Of a stretch of DNA of 64,000 nt, positions 26,821-35,213 are shown in pieces. The stretch covers positions 1-64,000 of the forward strand of contig JBBSXO010000001.1 in the NCBI GenBank assembly GCA_038045705.1, read 5' to 3'. Source of the stretch: Nanobdellota archaeon. GTDB lineage: Archaea; Nanobdellota; Nanobdellia; Pacearchaeales; GW2011-AR1. Numbering within the stretch: position 1 is the first letter of the stretch; the number at the start of each line of letters is the position of its first letter. Made by a program: the position numbers and the translations under genes. The notes beneath the pieces were generated by a model. It was not told the origin of the DNA. It searched no databases and worked only from the letters and a program-made list of their open reading frames with translations.

Positions 26821-27962
26821 CTTCAATAGATATAAAAGAAACCATTTTAGATAAAGATTCTTATTTTAATATAAAGAGATTTAAGATTGGAAGTATTGGT
26901 TCTGACATTGCTCTGAAAACAATAGATTCTTCAAATACTGGCAAAGAAATTGTTTCTAGATACAATCCTGAATTTAATAAATCCAAATTTGTTTTTGAAA
27001 AAAGTAAAGTGATAAAAAATTTTAACATATTAAAAGACTTAATAGATAAAGGAAATCAGAAGAAAATCGATAGTTTCTTTGGTAGACAAGCATGGTTAAG
27101 TGAAGAACCTTTCTTTATCCATATGACTTTTAACTTTAATCCTTATGACAGTATTAAGTCTTTAGAAGAGCTTAGTTCATTTTTAACATTTTATCATAGA
27201 TATTCCAAAACAATTTTGTGTGTTCCTAATATCCTTAGGGCTACAAATCCTTATACCGAAGAAAAATCTCAAAAGGAAGTAGAGATAATTGATCTAGATG
27301 GGTATAAGAGATTTGTAAATGAGTGTTATGACTTCTTACACTCAAAAAACAACAAACCAATTTTTGTACCAATCTCTCTAAAATTTACACCTTCTCAAAT
27401 AGAAAATCTTGTAACTTATTATTTAGGTAAAGAATACTTTTATTTTTGGATAGACATGGAATGCAAACCTATTTCCGAATATTTTGAAGCATTGATAATG
27501 CAAATTAATGACCTAATCACCAAGAAGGGAAGATACGGAGACTGTCTAATTTACATTACTAATATGAAAAGAGAGATTATAACTCATAAGAAGAAAGATA
27601 ATAGCCCTTCTTCAGACATTCTAAGCTCTTTAGCCGGAGCTAATCTTGTAGGGAGTAATAGGGAACCTCCAAGAAATATGAAAAATGCAAAACCCTTAAC
27701 AAATCAAGATAAACAACATAAGGCCAGACTTTTTGATCAAAGTTCTTATTATTACGTAAAAAGACCGGATTTAAATATAAATAAGAAAGAAAATGTAACT
27801 GAAAATTCGATAAGATTAGCTAGAGAATTTGACAATCAGAAAAAGTTCTTTTTAGACCACTTAAAGATAGAACCATATATTAAAGAAAAACAAATGATCC
27901 AAGATCATAAAGAAATACTCACTTCTTTCTTTAAAGGAAGAAAAGTACAATTTCCATTTTAG
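26817..27962 (+). CDS. uncharacterised 381-aa protein (possible TIM-barrel / TGT-like fold)
   Basis: Alternating beta/alpha pattern (LCVPNI, PIFVPI, FWIDM, IYITN, GANLVG); fold is inference only. Confidence 0.6.
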   Translation: MTSIDIKETILDKDSYFNIKRFKIGSIGSDIALKTIDSSNTGKEIVSRYNPEFNKSKFVFEKSKVIKNFNILKDLIDKGNQKKIDSFFGRQAWLSEEPFFIHMTFNFNPYDSIKSLEELSSFLTFYHRYSKTILCVPNILRATNPYTEEKSQKEVEIIDLDGYKRFVNECYDFLHSKNNKPIFVPISLKFTPSQIENLVTYYLGKEYFYFWIDMECKPISEYFEALIMQINDLITKKGRYGDCLIYITNMKREIITHKKKDNSPSSDILSSLAGANLVGSNREPPRNMKNAKPLTNQDKQHKARLFDQSSYYYVKRPDLNINKKENVTENSIRLAREFDNQKKFFLDHLKIEPYIKEKQMIQDHKEILTSFFKGRKVQFPF

Positions 27963-28117
27963 AATTTTTCTATTACTATTTTATTTGTTTCTAATTCTAC
28001 TTTTAGATCTCTACCCATTAATTTAGATTTTTCTACAATATTTTTTGGGAGAGTAATTAGATATTTGTAGTATTTCGTTTCTCCTACTTTTTTATCCATT
28101 ACCTTTCTAATTTTCAT
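27959..28117 (-). CDS. AbrB-like DNA-binding protein (not in ORF track)
   Basis: Manual translation MKIRKVMDKKVGETKYYKYLITLPKNIVEKSKLMGRDLKVELETNKIVIEKF (52 aa), similar to 9430-9603. Confidence 0.72.
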   Translation of the reverse strand: MKIRKVMDKKVGETKYYKYLITLPKNIVEKSKLMGRDLKVELETNKIVIEKF

Positions 28118-28200
28118 AAAAAATAGAGGTACCTGAAGTTTTTAAACCTGTCTAAAAATATTAATAATAATTATTTAAACTATAAACTCTTTAAATTAAT

Positions 28201-28380
28201 GTGGTAAAAAGAAATCGTCAAGTCTTACTTAAAGAAGCCTATACCGTTCTTGGAGCTGTTCTTTTAGGAGAAGGAATAATTAGAATTATACCATTCTATC
28301 CAGGCTTTTTCATTGCTATTGGCATGATCTTATTTATTGTCGGAGTGCTTTGGAAAAATGAAAAAAATAAATCTCACTAA
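28201..28380 (+). CDS. small two-TM membrane protein (not in ORF track)
   Basis: GTG start; MVKRNRQVLLKEAYTVLGAVLLGEGIIRIIPFYPGFFIAIGMILFIVGVLWKNEKNKSH. Confidence 0.55.
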   Translation: MVKRNRQVLLKEAYTVLGAVLLGEGIIRIIPFYPGFFIAIGMILFIVGVLWKNEKNKSH

Positions 28381-28537
28381 ACCACAAAGACAGTTTCATA
28401 AAGATTATTATTTTGGAATTGGAATTGGATTATTGGTCACGGCTGTAGCTAAAGCTTTAGGAGACTTATGGTGGGTTACAATGTTCTGGGGATTTGTATT
28501 TATTGTAATTGCAGCTTTAGGCGGAAGAAAGAAATGA
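28358..28537 (+). CDS. small two-TM membrane protein
   Basis: ATG at 28358; basic N-terminus then two hydrophobic helices. Confidence 0.6.
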   Translation: MKKINLTKPQRQFHKDYYFGIGIGLLVTAVAKALGDLWWVTMFWGFVFIVIAALGGRKK

Positions 28538-28902
28538 AAAAAAGTGTTAAAGAAAAAAGTTATTTTGGCAAATGGTTATGGTGGATTGGTCACGGAGCAC
28601 TAAAATATATTATTTTGATAGTAGTTATCTTGATTCTTTCCTATTTTCAAATACTGTATTTACTTTGGTTTTCAACAGGAATACTCTTTACATTATTTAA
28701 CGGACAAATGTATAAGTGGATGGTTAGATATTCTTTCTGGTTATCTGAAAGAATTGGGGGAAAGCATATTGCACAAGCAACTAAAACTACATTTTATAGG
28801 AGGTTCTACAGAACATGTTTGTTTATTGCAGGACTAATGCTTTTAGATTTAGGAATTACTGGAGGCAAACTATTAGTAGCACTAATTGATAGGTTAGGTT
28901 AA
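28534..28902 (+). CDS. membrane protein
   Basis: ATG at 28534 overlapping the previous stop (ATGA); about three TM segments. Confidence 0.6.
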   Translation: MKKSVKEKSYFGKWLWWIGHGALKYIILIVVILILSYFQILYLLWFSTGILFTLFNGQMYKWMVRYSFWLSERIGGKHIAQATKTTFYRRFYRTCLFIAGLMLLDLGITGGKLLVALIDRLG

Positions 28903-28908
28903 TTTAAA

Positions 28909-29202
28909 ATGAAAAAACAGAATAAAGAATGGCATCGTGACGAGATAGAAAAGCTAAAGTGGCAACAATCAAATGTCAAATGGAAGATTACTGCCATAAC
29001 TACAATTTTTCTAACCTTTGTGTCTCTTTGCTATGTTATTTGGTATAGTGAGGAAGGATTTGTTCCTAGAGCATTAGTAGTAATTGTATTCATTTGTGTA
29101 TTGATATTTACTAGAAGACATTTACGTCAAAATATGGATAGGGGAAAAGAGATTTCAAAAAATATTGAAGATAATTATCGCATTATCTTAAAAAGTTCAT
29201 AA
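28909..29202 (+). CDS. two-TM membrane protein
   Basis: 97 aa, two hydrophobic helices flanked by charged coils. Confidence 0.6.
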   Translation: MKKQNKEWHRDEIEKLKWQQSNVKWKITAITTIFLTFVSLCYVIWYSEEGFVPRALVVIVFICVLIFTRRHLRQNMDRGKEISKNIEDNYRIILKSS

Positions 29203-29248
29203 TTTTTATGATGCTTAAATAATTAAATCCTAAAGACTAAGTTATCTA

Positions 29249-29497
29249 ATGAAAAACAATCTAAACTACCCAATAGAGCATATCTCAAAATCAGATTTTA
29301 GCTTTTATTTTCCGCTTTTAGGAATTAGCTTTTTTATTATTTGTTTCCTATTAGTAAGTCTCTTAAATGCAGATGAATCTTTGACAAAGATAATATATTT
29401 AACAGCATTAGTTTTATTCATTATAATATGGGTGCTTAAAAGAAAGAGAGTAAAGGAAGAAAAAAACAAGTATTTGAGACACTTAATTAAAAACTAA
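29249..29497 (+). CDS. two-TM membrane protein
   Basis: 82 aa hydrophobic ORF with basic tail. Confidence 0.55.
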   Translation: MKNNLNYPIEHISKSDFSFYFPLLGISFFIICFLLVSLLNADESLTKIIYLTALVLFIIIWVLKRKRVKEEKNKYLRHLIKN

Positions 29498-29510
29498 AAA
29501 ATAAAGTATA

Positions 29511-29813
29511 ATGAAAAAAACAAGATCTAATAAATTACCTGATGTAAAAGGAATGGATAGCTTAAATCGCTACATAACTTTAAGATTAGGAGCACTTGTT
29601 TATGCTATTTTAGTTATTATCTTAAAATTATCCATTCTTAAAACGCCAGTAAATTATTTTATCCTGATTATCAGTTCATTAATCTTTTTAACAGGACTAC
29701 AAATAATCTATGAAAATAAGATTGTTATCTATTCAAAAAATTATAATGGTAAAAATGTAAAGTCTATTGGGTGGGTCTTGATATTAATTTCCATTTTATT
29801 GATATTTTTGTGA
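29511..29813 (+). CDS. membrane protein
   Basis: 100 aa, about three TM segments. Confidence 0.55.
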   Translation: MKKTRSNKLPDVKGMDSLNRYITLRLGALVYAILVIILKLSILKTPVNYFILIISSLIFLTGLQIIYENKIVIYSKNYNGKNVKSIGWVLILISILLIFL

Positions 29814-29819
29814 TACTAC

Positions 29820-30612
29820 AATCAACATTTATTATCCTCTAGAATATACTTCCTTGCTTTACACAGCATTTATGTGCAGGATTTAGGAGAAAATGTGCAG
29901 AACCTTTATTTTAATGCAAAGCCAATTACTTCGGCGTTGCACAAAAAGTCTTAAATATAAAATTTTATTTAATGGCTTTCTTCTTTCCCCAAATTCCTCT
30001 CCAGAAATCCATCCATTTACCAAATGGTCTTCCACTAATTGTTGTAACTGCGACTGCTACTCCTAATGCCTTTGCCCATTCTCCTGTTGAAGCTCCAGCA
30101 TTATACAATGCGAGAGAATAAGCTGGAATTTGTAAAGCTAAGATACTTGCAACATCACTAGTCATCTTTTGATACCAAGGGCTTTCTTTTGTTAAATTGA
30201 AATGTTTTGCAGACACATTTCTCAGCATTCCTGATGGTCTCATACAAATCATCTGAGCCACTGAAGCACCCATTCGAGCCTTTAGCACTTCTGGACCATC
30301 CATCCCAGTTATAGCATATTCTCCTAATGCCATTATTGGGTTGTAAAACATAAGTCCAGCAGAGACGTCTACTGCATAATTTGTTACAGCATCTTTAGCT
30401 TTTTGGTATAAACTTCTTTTTTGAGACTCTAAAACTCTGCTAACCCTATTTGTTTCTGGGCTTTCACCTGCTATTTTTTCTAAATTATCCATATGACTTG
30501 GTCTAAAATCTACTTTATAAACCTTACTATATTGTAACTACTATATAGTTATTAATATTTTTATAACACTCAAATCAACATTTATTGTTCTCTAGAATAC
30601 ACTTTCTTACTT
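29820..30612. repeat. ~40-bp imperfect direct repeat flanking the AlaE-like gene
   Basis: aatcaacatttattatcctctagaatatacttccttgctt (29820-29859) vs aatcaacatttattgttctctagaatacactttcttactt (30573-30612). Confidence 0.75.
29965..30492 (-). CDS. L-alanine exporter AlaE-like membrane protein
   Basis: VD...E...GM...KAR...RP.G..R...D...QIPAY...GA...GRPFGKWMD pattern. Confidence 0.65.
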   Translation of the reverse strand: MDNLEKIAGESPETNRVSRVLESQKRSLYQKAKDAVTNYAVDVSAGLMFYNPIMALGEYAITGMDGPEVLKARMGASVAQMICMRPSGMLRNVSAKHFNLTKESPWYQKMTSDVASILALQIPAYSLALYNAGASTGEWAKALGVAVAVTTISGRPFGKWMDFWRGIWGKKKAIK

Positions 30613-31323
30613 CTTACTTATCCAGGTGTTTCCTTTCTTCATGGTAATTTTTTCAACTTTTCCATCTTTGAGCCAGTATATTTTTTTAGCATGTGCTGTT
30701 GCAACATCAGGAGCATGCGTTATCAAAATTATTGTTTTCCCTTGATTATTCAAGTTTGTTAATAATTCCATAACATGTTCTCCTGTCTTTGTATCTAAGT
30801 TTCCAGTAGGCTCATCAGCAAGAATTATTTCAGGATCGTTTGCCAAAGCTCGAGCAATAGCTACTCTTTGTTGCTGTCCTCCACTCAACTGATTTGGATA
30901 ATGATCCATTCTAGTTTCTAAATCCACAAGTTTTAACAATTCTTTACTTCTAGTCTCTCTTTCATCCAAACTCACTTTTTGAAAAAGCATAGGGAGCATA
31001 ATATTTTCTTTAGCAGTTAAATTAGGAATTAAATTAAAACTTTGAAAAATAAAACCTATTTTTTTACCTCTAAGTTGAGCTAACTCAGACTCACTAAATT
31101 TCTCTATATTCATTCCTTCAAGCAATATTCTTCCATTTGTTGCCAAGTCTAAACTTCCAACTAAATTCATAGCAGTACTTTTTCCAGAACCAGATGGACC
31201 CATTATTGCAACAAAATCTCCTTTTTCTATAGTTATATCTATTCCATCTACTGCTTTAACAATAGAATCTCCCATATGGTAGTGCTTAGTTACGCCTTCA
31301 AGAGATATAAGTGGCTCTACCAT
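30607..31323 (-). CDS. ABC transporter ATP-binding protein (LolD/MacB type)
   Basis: [35 protein letters not shown]. Confidence 0.95.
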   Translation of the reverse strand: MVEPLISLEGVTKHYHMGDSIVKAVDGIDITIEKGDFVAIMGPSGSGKSTAMNLVGSLDLATNGRILLEGMNIEKFSESELAQLRGKKIGFIFQSFNLIPNLTAKENIMLPMLFQKVSLDERETRSKELLKLVDLETRMDHYPNQLSGGQQQRVAIARALANDPEIILADEPTGNLDTKTGEHVMELLTNLNNQGKTIILITHAPDVATAHAKKIYWLKDGKVEKITMKKGNTWISKK

Positions 31324-31417
31324 TGAGCAAACTCAATTCAAGGATATAATAAGCTTTCGGATAATGTATTTTTTGATGTTAAGAAACCTTTAAAAACGGT
31401 CAAATGACAATATTAAC

Positions 31418-31615
31418 ATGATAATTCCAGTAAGATGTTTCGGGTGTGGGAAGCCAATTGGGCAACTTTGGGAAGAATATAAAAAACGCACAACAGCTGG
31501 TGAAGAAGCAGGAAAAGTTCTAACAGATTTAGGTCTTAATAGATATTGTTGCAGAGCTGCGCTATTAGGTCATGCAGATGTTTTAGAAGAAGTTTCTAAG
31601 TTTAAGAAATCCTAA
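31418..31615 (+). CDS. rpoN: RNA polymerase subunit N (Rpo10)
   Basis: MIIPVRCFGCGK...LGLNRYCCR. Confidence 0.96.
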   Translation: MIIPVRCFGCGKPIGQLWEEYKKRTTAGEEAGKVLTDLGLNRYCCRAALLGHADVLEEVSKFKKS

Positions 31616-32229
31616 TTTAGTGTTTTAGAGACAGTTACAAAATTATATTTTTTTGATTTTAGTCTACTAATTATTTCTTTAGTAATCTTTACAATTTGTT
31701 TGTTTCTTCCAATATCTTCAAGATAATCATGGAGATTAATTATAGAACCATTTCTAACTCTTTTAAGAACATTATATACTGCAAAGTCAATTCCTTTAAG
31801 CTTCCAATCTTCAGAGACCACATCAGCAAATATAACTCTCTTCTTTAGTTTAAAACTAGCAATCCAAGCATTCAATCCAAATTTAAAGTAAGGTGGACGA
31901 AATAGATTAGTTTTCAGATTAAATTTATCTCTTAATAGTCTATCACATTTTGCTATTTCTTCTTTAACAGATTTATATCCAATAAATAAAAGTTTTTTAT
32001 GGCTGTAAGAATGATTTCCAATTTCATGTCCTTCATTTATTATCCTTCTAATAATTTTTTCTCTTCCAAAAGTTTTCCTTCCTATTACAAAGAAAGTAGC
32101 CATTATTTTCTCCTTTTTTAATAAATTTAGTATTTTTGAAGTTTCTTCAGATGGACTATCGTCAAATGTAAGAGCAACTTGTTTTTTATTTCTATCTCCA
32201 TGGAAGATTATATTTCCTAAGTTAATCAT
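31612..32229 (-). CDS. polysaccharide deacetylase (NodB family)
   Basis: ALTFDD, ATFF, HEIGNHSYSH, FRPPY, IINLHD. Confidence 0.92.
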   Translation of the reverse strand: MINLGNIIFHGDRNKKQVALTFDDSPSEETSKILNLLKKEKIMATFFVIGRKTFGREKIIRRIINEGHEIGNHSYSHKKLLFIGYKSVKEEIAKCDRLLRDKFNLKTNLFRPPYFKFGLNAWIASFKLKKRVIFADVVSEDWKLKGIDFAVYNVLKRVRNGSIINLHDYLEDIGRNKQIVKITKEIISRLKSKKYNFVTVSKTLN

Positions 32230-32481
32230 CTACATTTTCCACCTATTTACCTTTTCACAAGAATTACATTCAACAGTTTTATACCTTTTTGATAATCTAA
32301 ATATTCCATTACTCAAATCCGAATAACATTTTTTGCAAAATCTCTTTCGATATTCTTTAAGACGAATACGATGAGCCATTGCAAATCTTTTAATTTTTCT
32401 TGTTTGTCGAGGTTCAAGTTTATTTTTAGAAAAATAATCCTCTATTTTGTTTTTAGCTTCTATCTTCGATAAATCTTTCAT
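32230..32481 (-). CDS. ribonuclease P protein component Rpp21 (Rpr2/Rnp4)
   Basis: AMAHRIRL...KRFCKKC...ECNSC zinc ribbon. Confidence 0.8.
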   Translation of the reverse strand: MKDLSKIEAKNKIEDYFSKNKLEPRQTRKIKRFAMAHRIRLKEYRKRFCKKCYSDLSNGIFRLSKRYKTVECNSCEKVNRWKM

Positions 32482-33077
32482 TAATCAAGTTTTATCCCAA
32501 GCTCCTTAGATAAATGCTCTAATTCGCCCTCTGCAAATTTTGACCCTCTTAGATATGGAACAGCCATCGAATTTCCAATATACAATTCAAGTCTTGAATC
32601 TCTGGTTTCTTCTATCTTTGAACCTTGTGGGCCAATTATAGGAAATTCTCCTAGTTTTTGATATTCTTCCCAATCGATAATAGGAGCCTCAGGAGGTTCG
32701 TCCATATCTGCAAGAAGGAGTAATCCTTTGAATCCAACTCCTTGAAACTGGGCCGGCTCTAATCTTATGAATTTTCCATCTGTTAGATAAAATGCACATT
32801 CAAGACCTGAGATAAGAAAATTTTGATTACTTGGTTCTGCTAAGTCTCTAAAAACTGTTCTTTCTGTAATTTTTCCTACTTCTAATCTATTTTCCACGCT
32901 GTAAATATCAATAGGACCATGAGAAGTAAATCTCTGTCCTTCATAATCTCTAGAAACAGCAACTACTAATTCTTCAGAAAATCTGCTAATCTTCTTTTGA
33001 AGTCTTATTCTTGTTTCCTCAAATCTTTTTTGAATTCCTTGATAATCTATGATTGCAAGAATTTTTGGTAAACTCAT
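32481..33077 (-). CDS. hypothetical protein
   Basis: Long open frame; ATG at 33077 has a TATA-like box about 25 nt upstream. Confidence 0.6.
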   Translation of the reverse strand: MSLPKILAIIDYQGIQKRFEETRIRLQKKISRFSEELVVAVSRDYEGQRFTSHGPIDIYSVENRLEVGKITERTVFRDLAEPSNQNFLISGLECAFYLTDGKFIRLEPAQFQGVGFKGLLLLADMDEPPEAPIIDWEEYQKLGEFPIIGPQGSKIEETRDSRLELYIGNSMAVPYLRGSKFAEGELEHLSKELGIKLD

Positions 33078-33150
33078 AATTTGAATTGTCCTCTCTAAAA
33101 TATAAGCTTTTGCATACTTTCGCATTTAAATGATTTTTTAAAGAAAAAAT

Positions 33151-33266
33151 CGAAGACAGCATCCTTGGTTTGCCTCTTGACGGAGACTACAACAACGGAC
33201 GTGAAAGGCTTAACTTCTGTGTTCGGAATGAGAACAGGTGTTTCCCCAGCACTATGACTGTCTTCA
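33151..33266 (-). rRNA. rrf: 5S rRNA
   Basis: Reverse strand reads GAAGACAGTCATAG...ACACCTGTTCTCATTCCGAACACAGAAGTTAAGC...GCTGTCTTC with paired ends. Confidence 0.92.
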
Positions 33267-33317
33267 AAATGGAGTTAAATGTTACATTTATAAAACTTCC
33301 TATCGCACTATTTTCAA

Positions 33318-33401
33318 GCAAGAGTAGCGAAGTGGTCAAACGCGGAAGACTCAAAATCTTCTGGCTTAGTGCCTTCAGAGGTTCGAATCCTCTCTCTTGC
33401 A
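33318..33401 (+). tRNA. tRNA-Leu(CAA)
   Basis: GCAAGAG acceptor, GAAGA-CT-CAA-AA-TCTTC anticodon arm, long variable arm, GGTTCGAATCC. Confidence 0.93.
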
Positions 33402-33417
33402 TTTATTTACAAAATAT

Positions 33418-33492
33418 GCGCCCGTAGCTCAGCCTGGATAGAGCAACTCCCTCCTAAGGCGTAGGTCGTAGGTTCAAATCCTATCGGGCGCG
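33418..33492 (+). tRNA. tRNA-Arg(CCT)
   Basis: GCGCCCG acceptor, ACTCC-CT-CCT-AA-GGCGT (one mismatch), GGTTCAAATCC. Confidence 0.9.
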
Positions 33493-34101
33493 TATAGTTG
33501 CTTTGATAATCTTTCTCTTTATTGAGCTGTCTCTTCTAATAGGCTTAAATGTTTTTTCCTCTATTTTTATATTTTTAAAATCATTAAACAAATCAATTAT
33601 TTCATCCTTTTCAAAAAAATGACATATCAATCCATTTTGCTTTTGAATAGTATTCTTCTCTATCTTCTTGATATATCTCTTTGCTCTAAAATCTCCAACA
33701 GCGAAATCTTCAAATAATATTGTTCCATTTTGTTTAAGAAGAGATTTTATTTTTTTAATTACTTTTATTCTATTTTTTTTCTTGAAATTATTTAGAAAAT
33801 AGTAACAGACAATTATATCAAATTTCTTATTGATATTCAAACTAAGAATATCTGATTTTAGAAAAATTATTTTGTCTGACTTTATAGATTCTTTAGCCTT
33901 TTTTAGTGCCTCTTGCGAAATATCTAAAGCAACAACTTCTTTTGGTTTTTGACTAAGTATTGTTTTTAGAGTTTTTCCATTGCCAACTCCAAGTTCCAAA
34001 ACAGATTTTTTATAGATAATTTCTTTAATATCCATGGTGTTCTTTTTCCAAAATAATCCTTCCTCATATAATTTATTCCATACAAATTCTTGGTTTTTCA
34101 T
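33481..34101 (-). CDS. class I SAM-dependent methyltransferase
   Basis: VLELGVGNG, ALDIS, FDII, LKQNG motifs. Confidence 0.88.
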   Translation of the reverse strand: MKNQEFVWNKLYEEGLFWKKNTMDIKEIIYKKSVLELGVGNGKTLKTILSQKPKEVVALDISQEALKKAKESIKSDKIIFLKSDILSLNINKKFDIIVCYYFLNNFKKKNRIKVIKKIKSLLKQNGTILFEDFAVGDFRAKRYIKKIEKNTIQKQNGLICHFFEKDEIIDLFNDFKNIKIEEKTFKPIRRDSSIKRKIIKATIRAR

Positions 34102-34213
34102 GAAATTGATGCGGTTTAAGAGTTATTTAACTTGTTTTAATAAATTTCTATAGTCAATACTGTAAAAGAGGCGAACACAATCTTTAAAATCCCTCTTTAT
34201 GAAAGAATATAAA

Positions 34214-34284
34214 GCGCCATTGGTTTAGTGGTAGAACTTCTGATTTCCAATCAGACGGGAGGGGTTCGATTCCCCTATGGCGCA
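34214..34284 (+). tRNA. tRNA-Gly(TCC)
   Basis: GCGCCAT acceptor, TCTGA-TT-TCC-AA-TCAGA, GGTTCGATTCC. Confidence 0.93.
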
Positions 34285-34292
34285 TACTAAAA

Positions 34293-35213
34293 ATGGAAAA
34301 CATACAACATCATCCACCACAACAAACGCATCCACATGTGAGTAAAAAACACTGGTATGACAAATATTACAAAATAATGTTATTTATCCCAGTTGTTTTG
34401 TTAGTAATCTGTTTAATCTACTTATTCTCTTTTTATGCTAAGAATAATGATATTATCTACAAAGATCCCAGCCTTTCTGGAGGAACAACAATAACATTAA
34501 GTGAAGAAGTTGATGTAATCTCGCTAGAAGAAAGCTTACAACAGTCAATACCAGATGTCCATATAAGAACTATTTCAGATATTTCTACAGGCAATCAAAT
34601 AGCAGTTTTAATTGAGTCTTCAAGTTCACCAGAAGTTCTAACACCACTAGTTGAAGAATTTATAGGACATGAATTAACAAGTGAAAACTCAAGCATAGAG
34701 TTTAGTGGATCAAGTCTATCTGATAACTTCTATAAGCAATTAGCAATAGCAGTACTAATCTCTTTTGTGCTTATGTCTTTAGTAATATTCTTTCTTTTCA
34801 AATCATTCATCCCTAGCATTGCAGTAATATTCTCAGCATTTGCAGACATAGTTATGGCTCTGACAGTGGCCAATATTTTAGAAATAAGACTTTCAGCAGC
34901 AGGAATAGCAGCATTTCTTATGCTGATAGGTTATTCTGTAGACAGCAACATTTTATTGACTATGAGAGTCATAAAAAAGAGAGGAGAATCTGTTAATTAT
35001 AGAATTTATAGTTCATTTAAGACAGGGATATTTATGACAATTACTGGATTAGCTGCGCTAATTCCAGCCTTTTTTATAGTAACTGGTCTTCCAGACTCAT
35101 TCAGACAAATATTCTTCATTCTTGCAATAGGACTTTCTGCAACAATAATAAATACATGGCTCACAAATGCATCCATAATAAAATGGTATGCAGAGTATAA
35201 AAAAATAGGATAA
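34293..35213 (+). CDS. secF: protein translocase subunit SecF
   Basis: LSGGT, AAFLMLIGYSVD.NILL; adjacent to secD. Confidence 0.9.
   Translation: MENIQHHPPQQTHPHVSKKHWYDKYYKIMLFIPVVLLVICLIYLFSFYAKNNDIIYKDPSLSGGTTITLSEEVDVISLEESLQQSIPDVHIRTISDISTGNQIAVLIESSSSPEVLTPLVEEFIGHELTSENSSIEFSGSSLSDNFYKQLAIAVLISFVLMSLVIFFLFKSFIPSIAVIFSAFADIVMALTVANILEIRLSAAGIAAFLMLIGYSVDSNILLTMRVIKKRGESVNYRIYSSFKTGIFMTITGLAALIPAFFIVTGLPDSFRQIFFILAIGLSATIINTWLTNASIIKWYAEYKKIG

Larger units (their letters stand above)
24412..29943. mobile_element. ~5.5-kb transposase-bearing island bounded by 21-bp direct repeats
   Basis: CAATTACTTCGGCGTTGCACA at 24412-24432 and 29923-29943; separates the ABC ATPase from its partner genes. 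Confidence 0.75.

Noticed and set aside
33170-33427. ORFs 33170-33427 (+) and 33187-33402 (-)
   Set aside because: They overlap the 5S rRNA and tRNA-Leu; spurious
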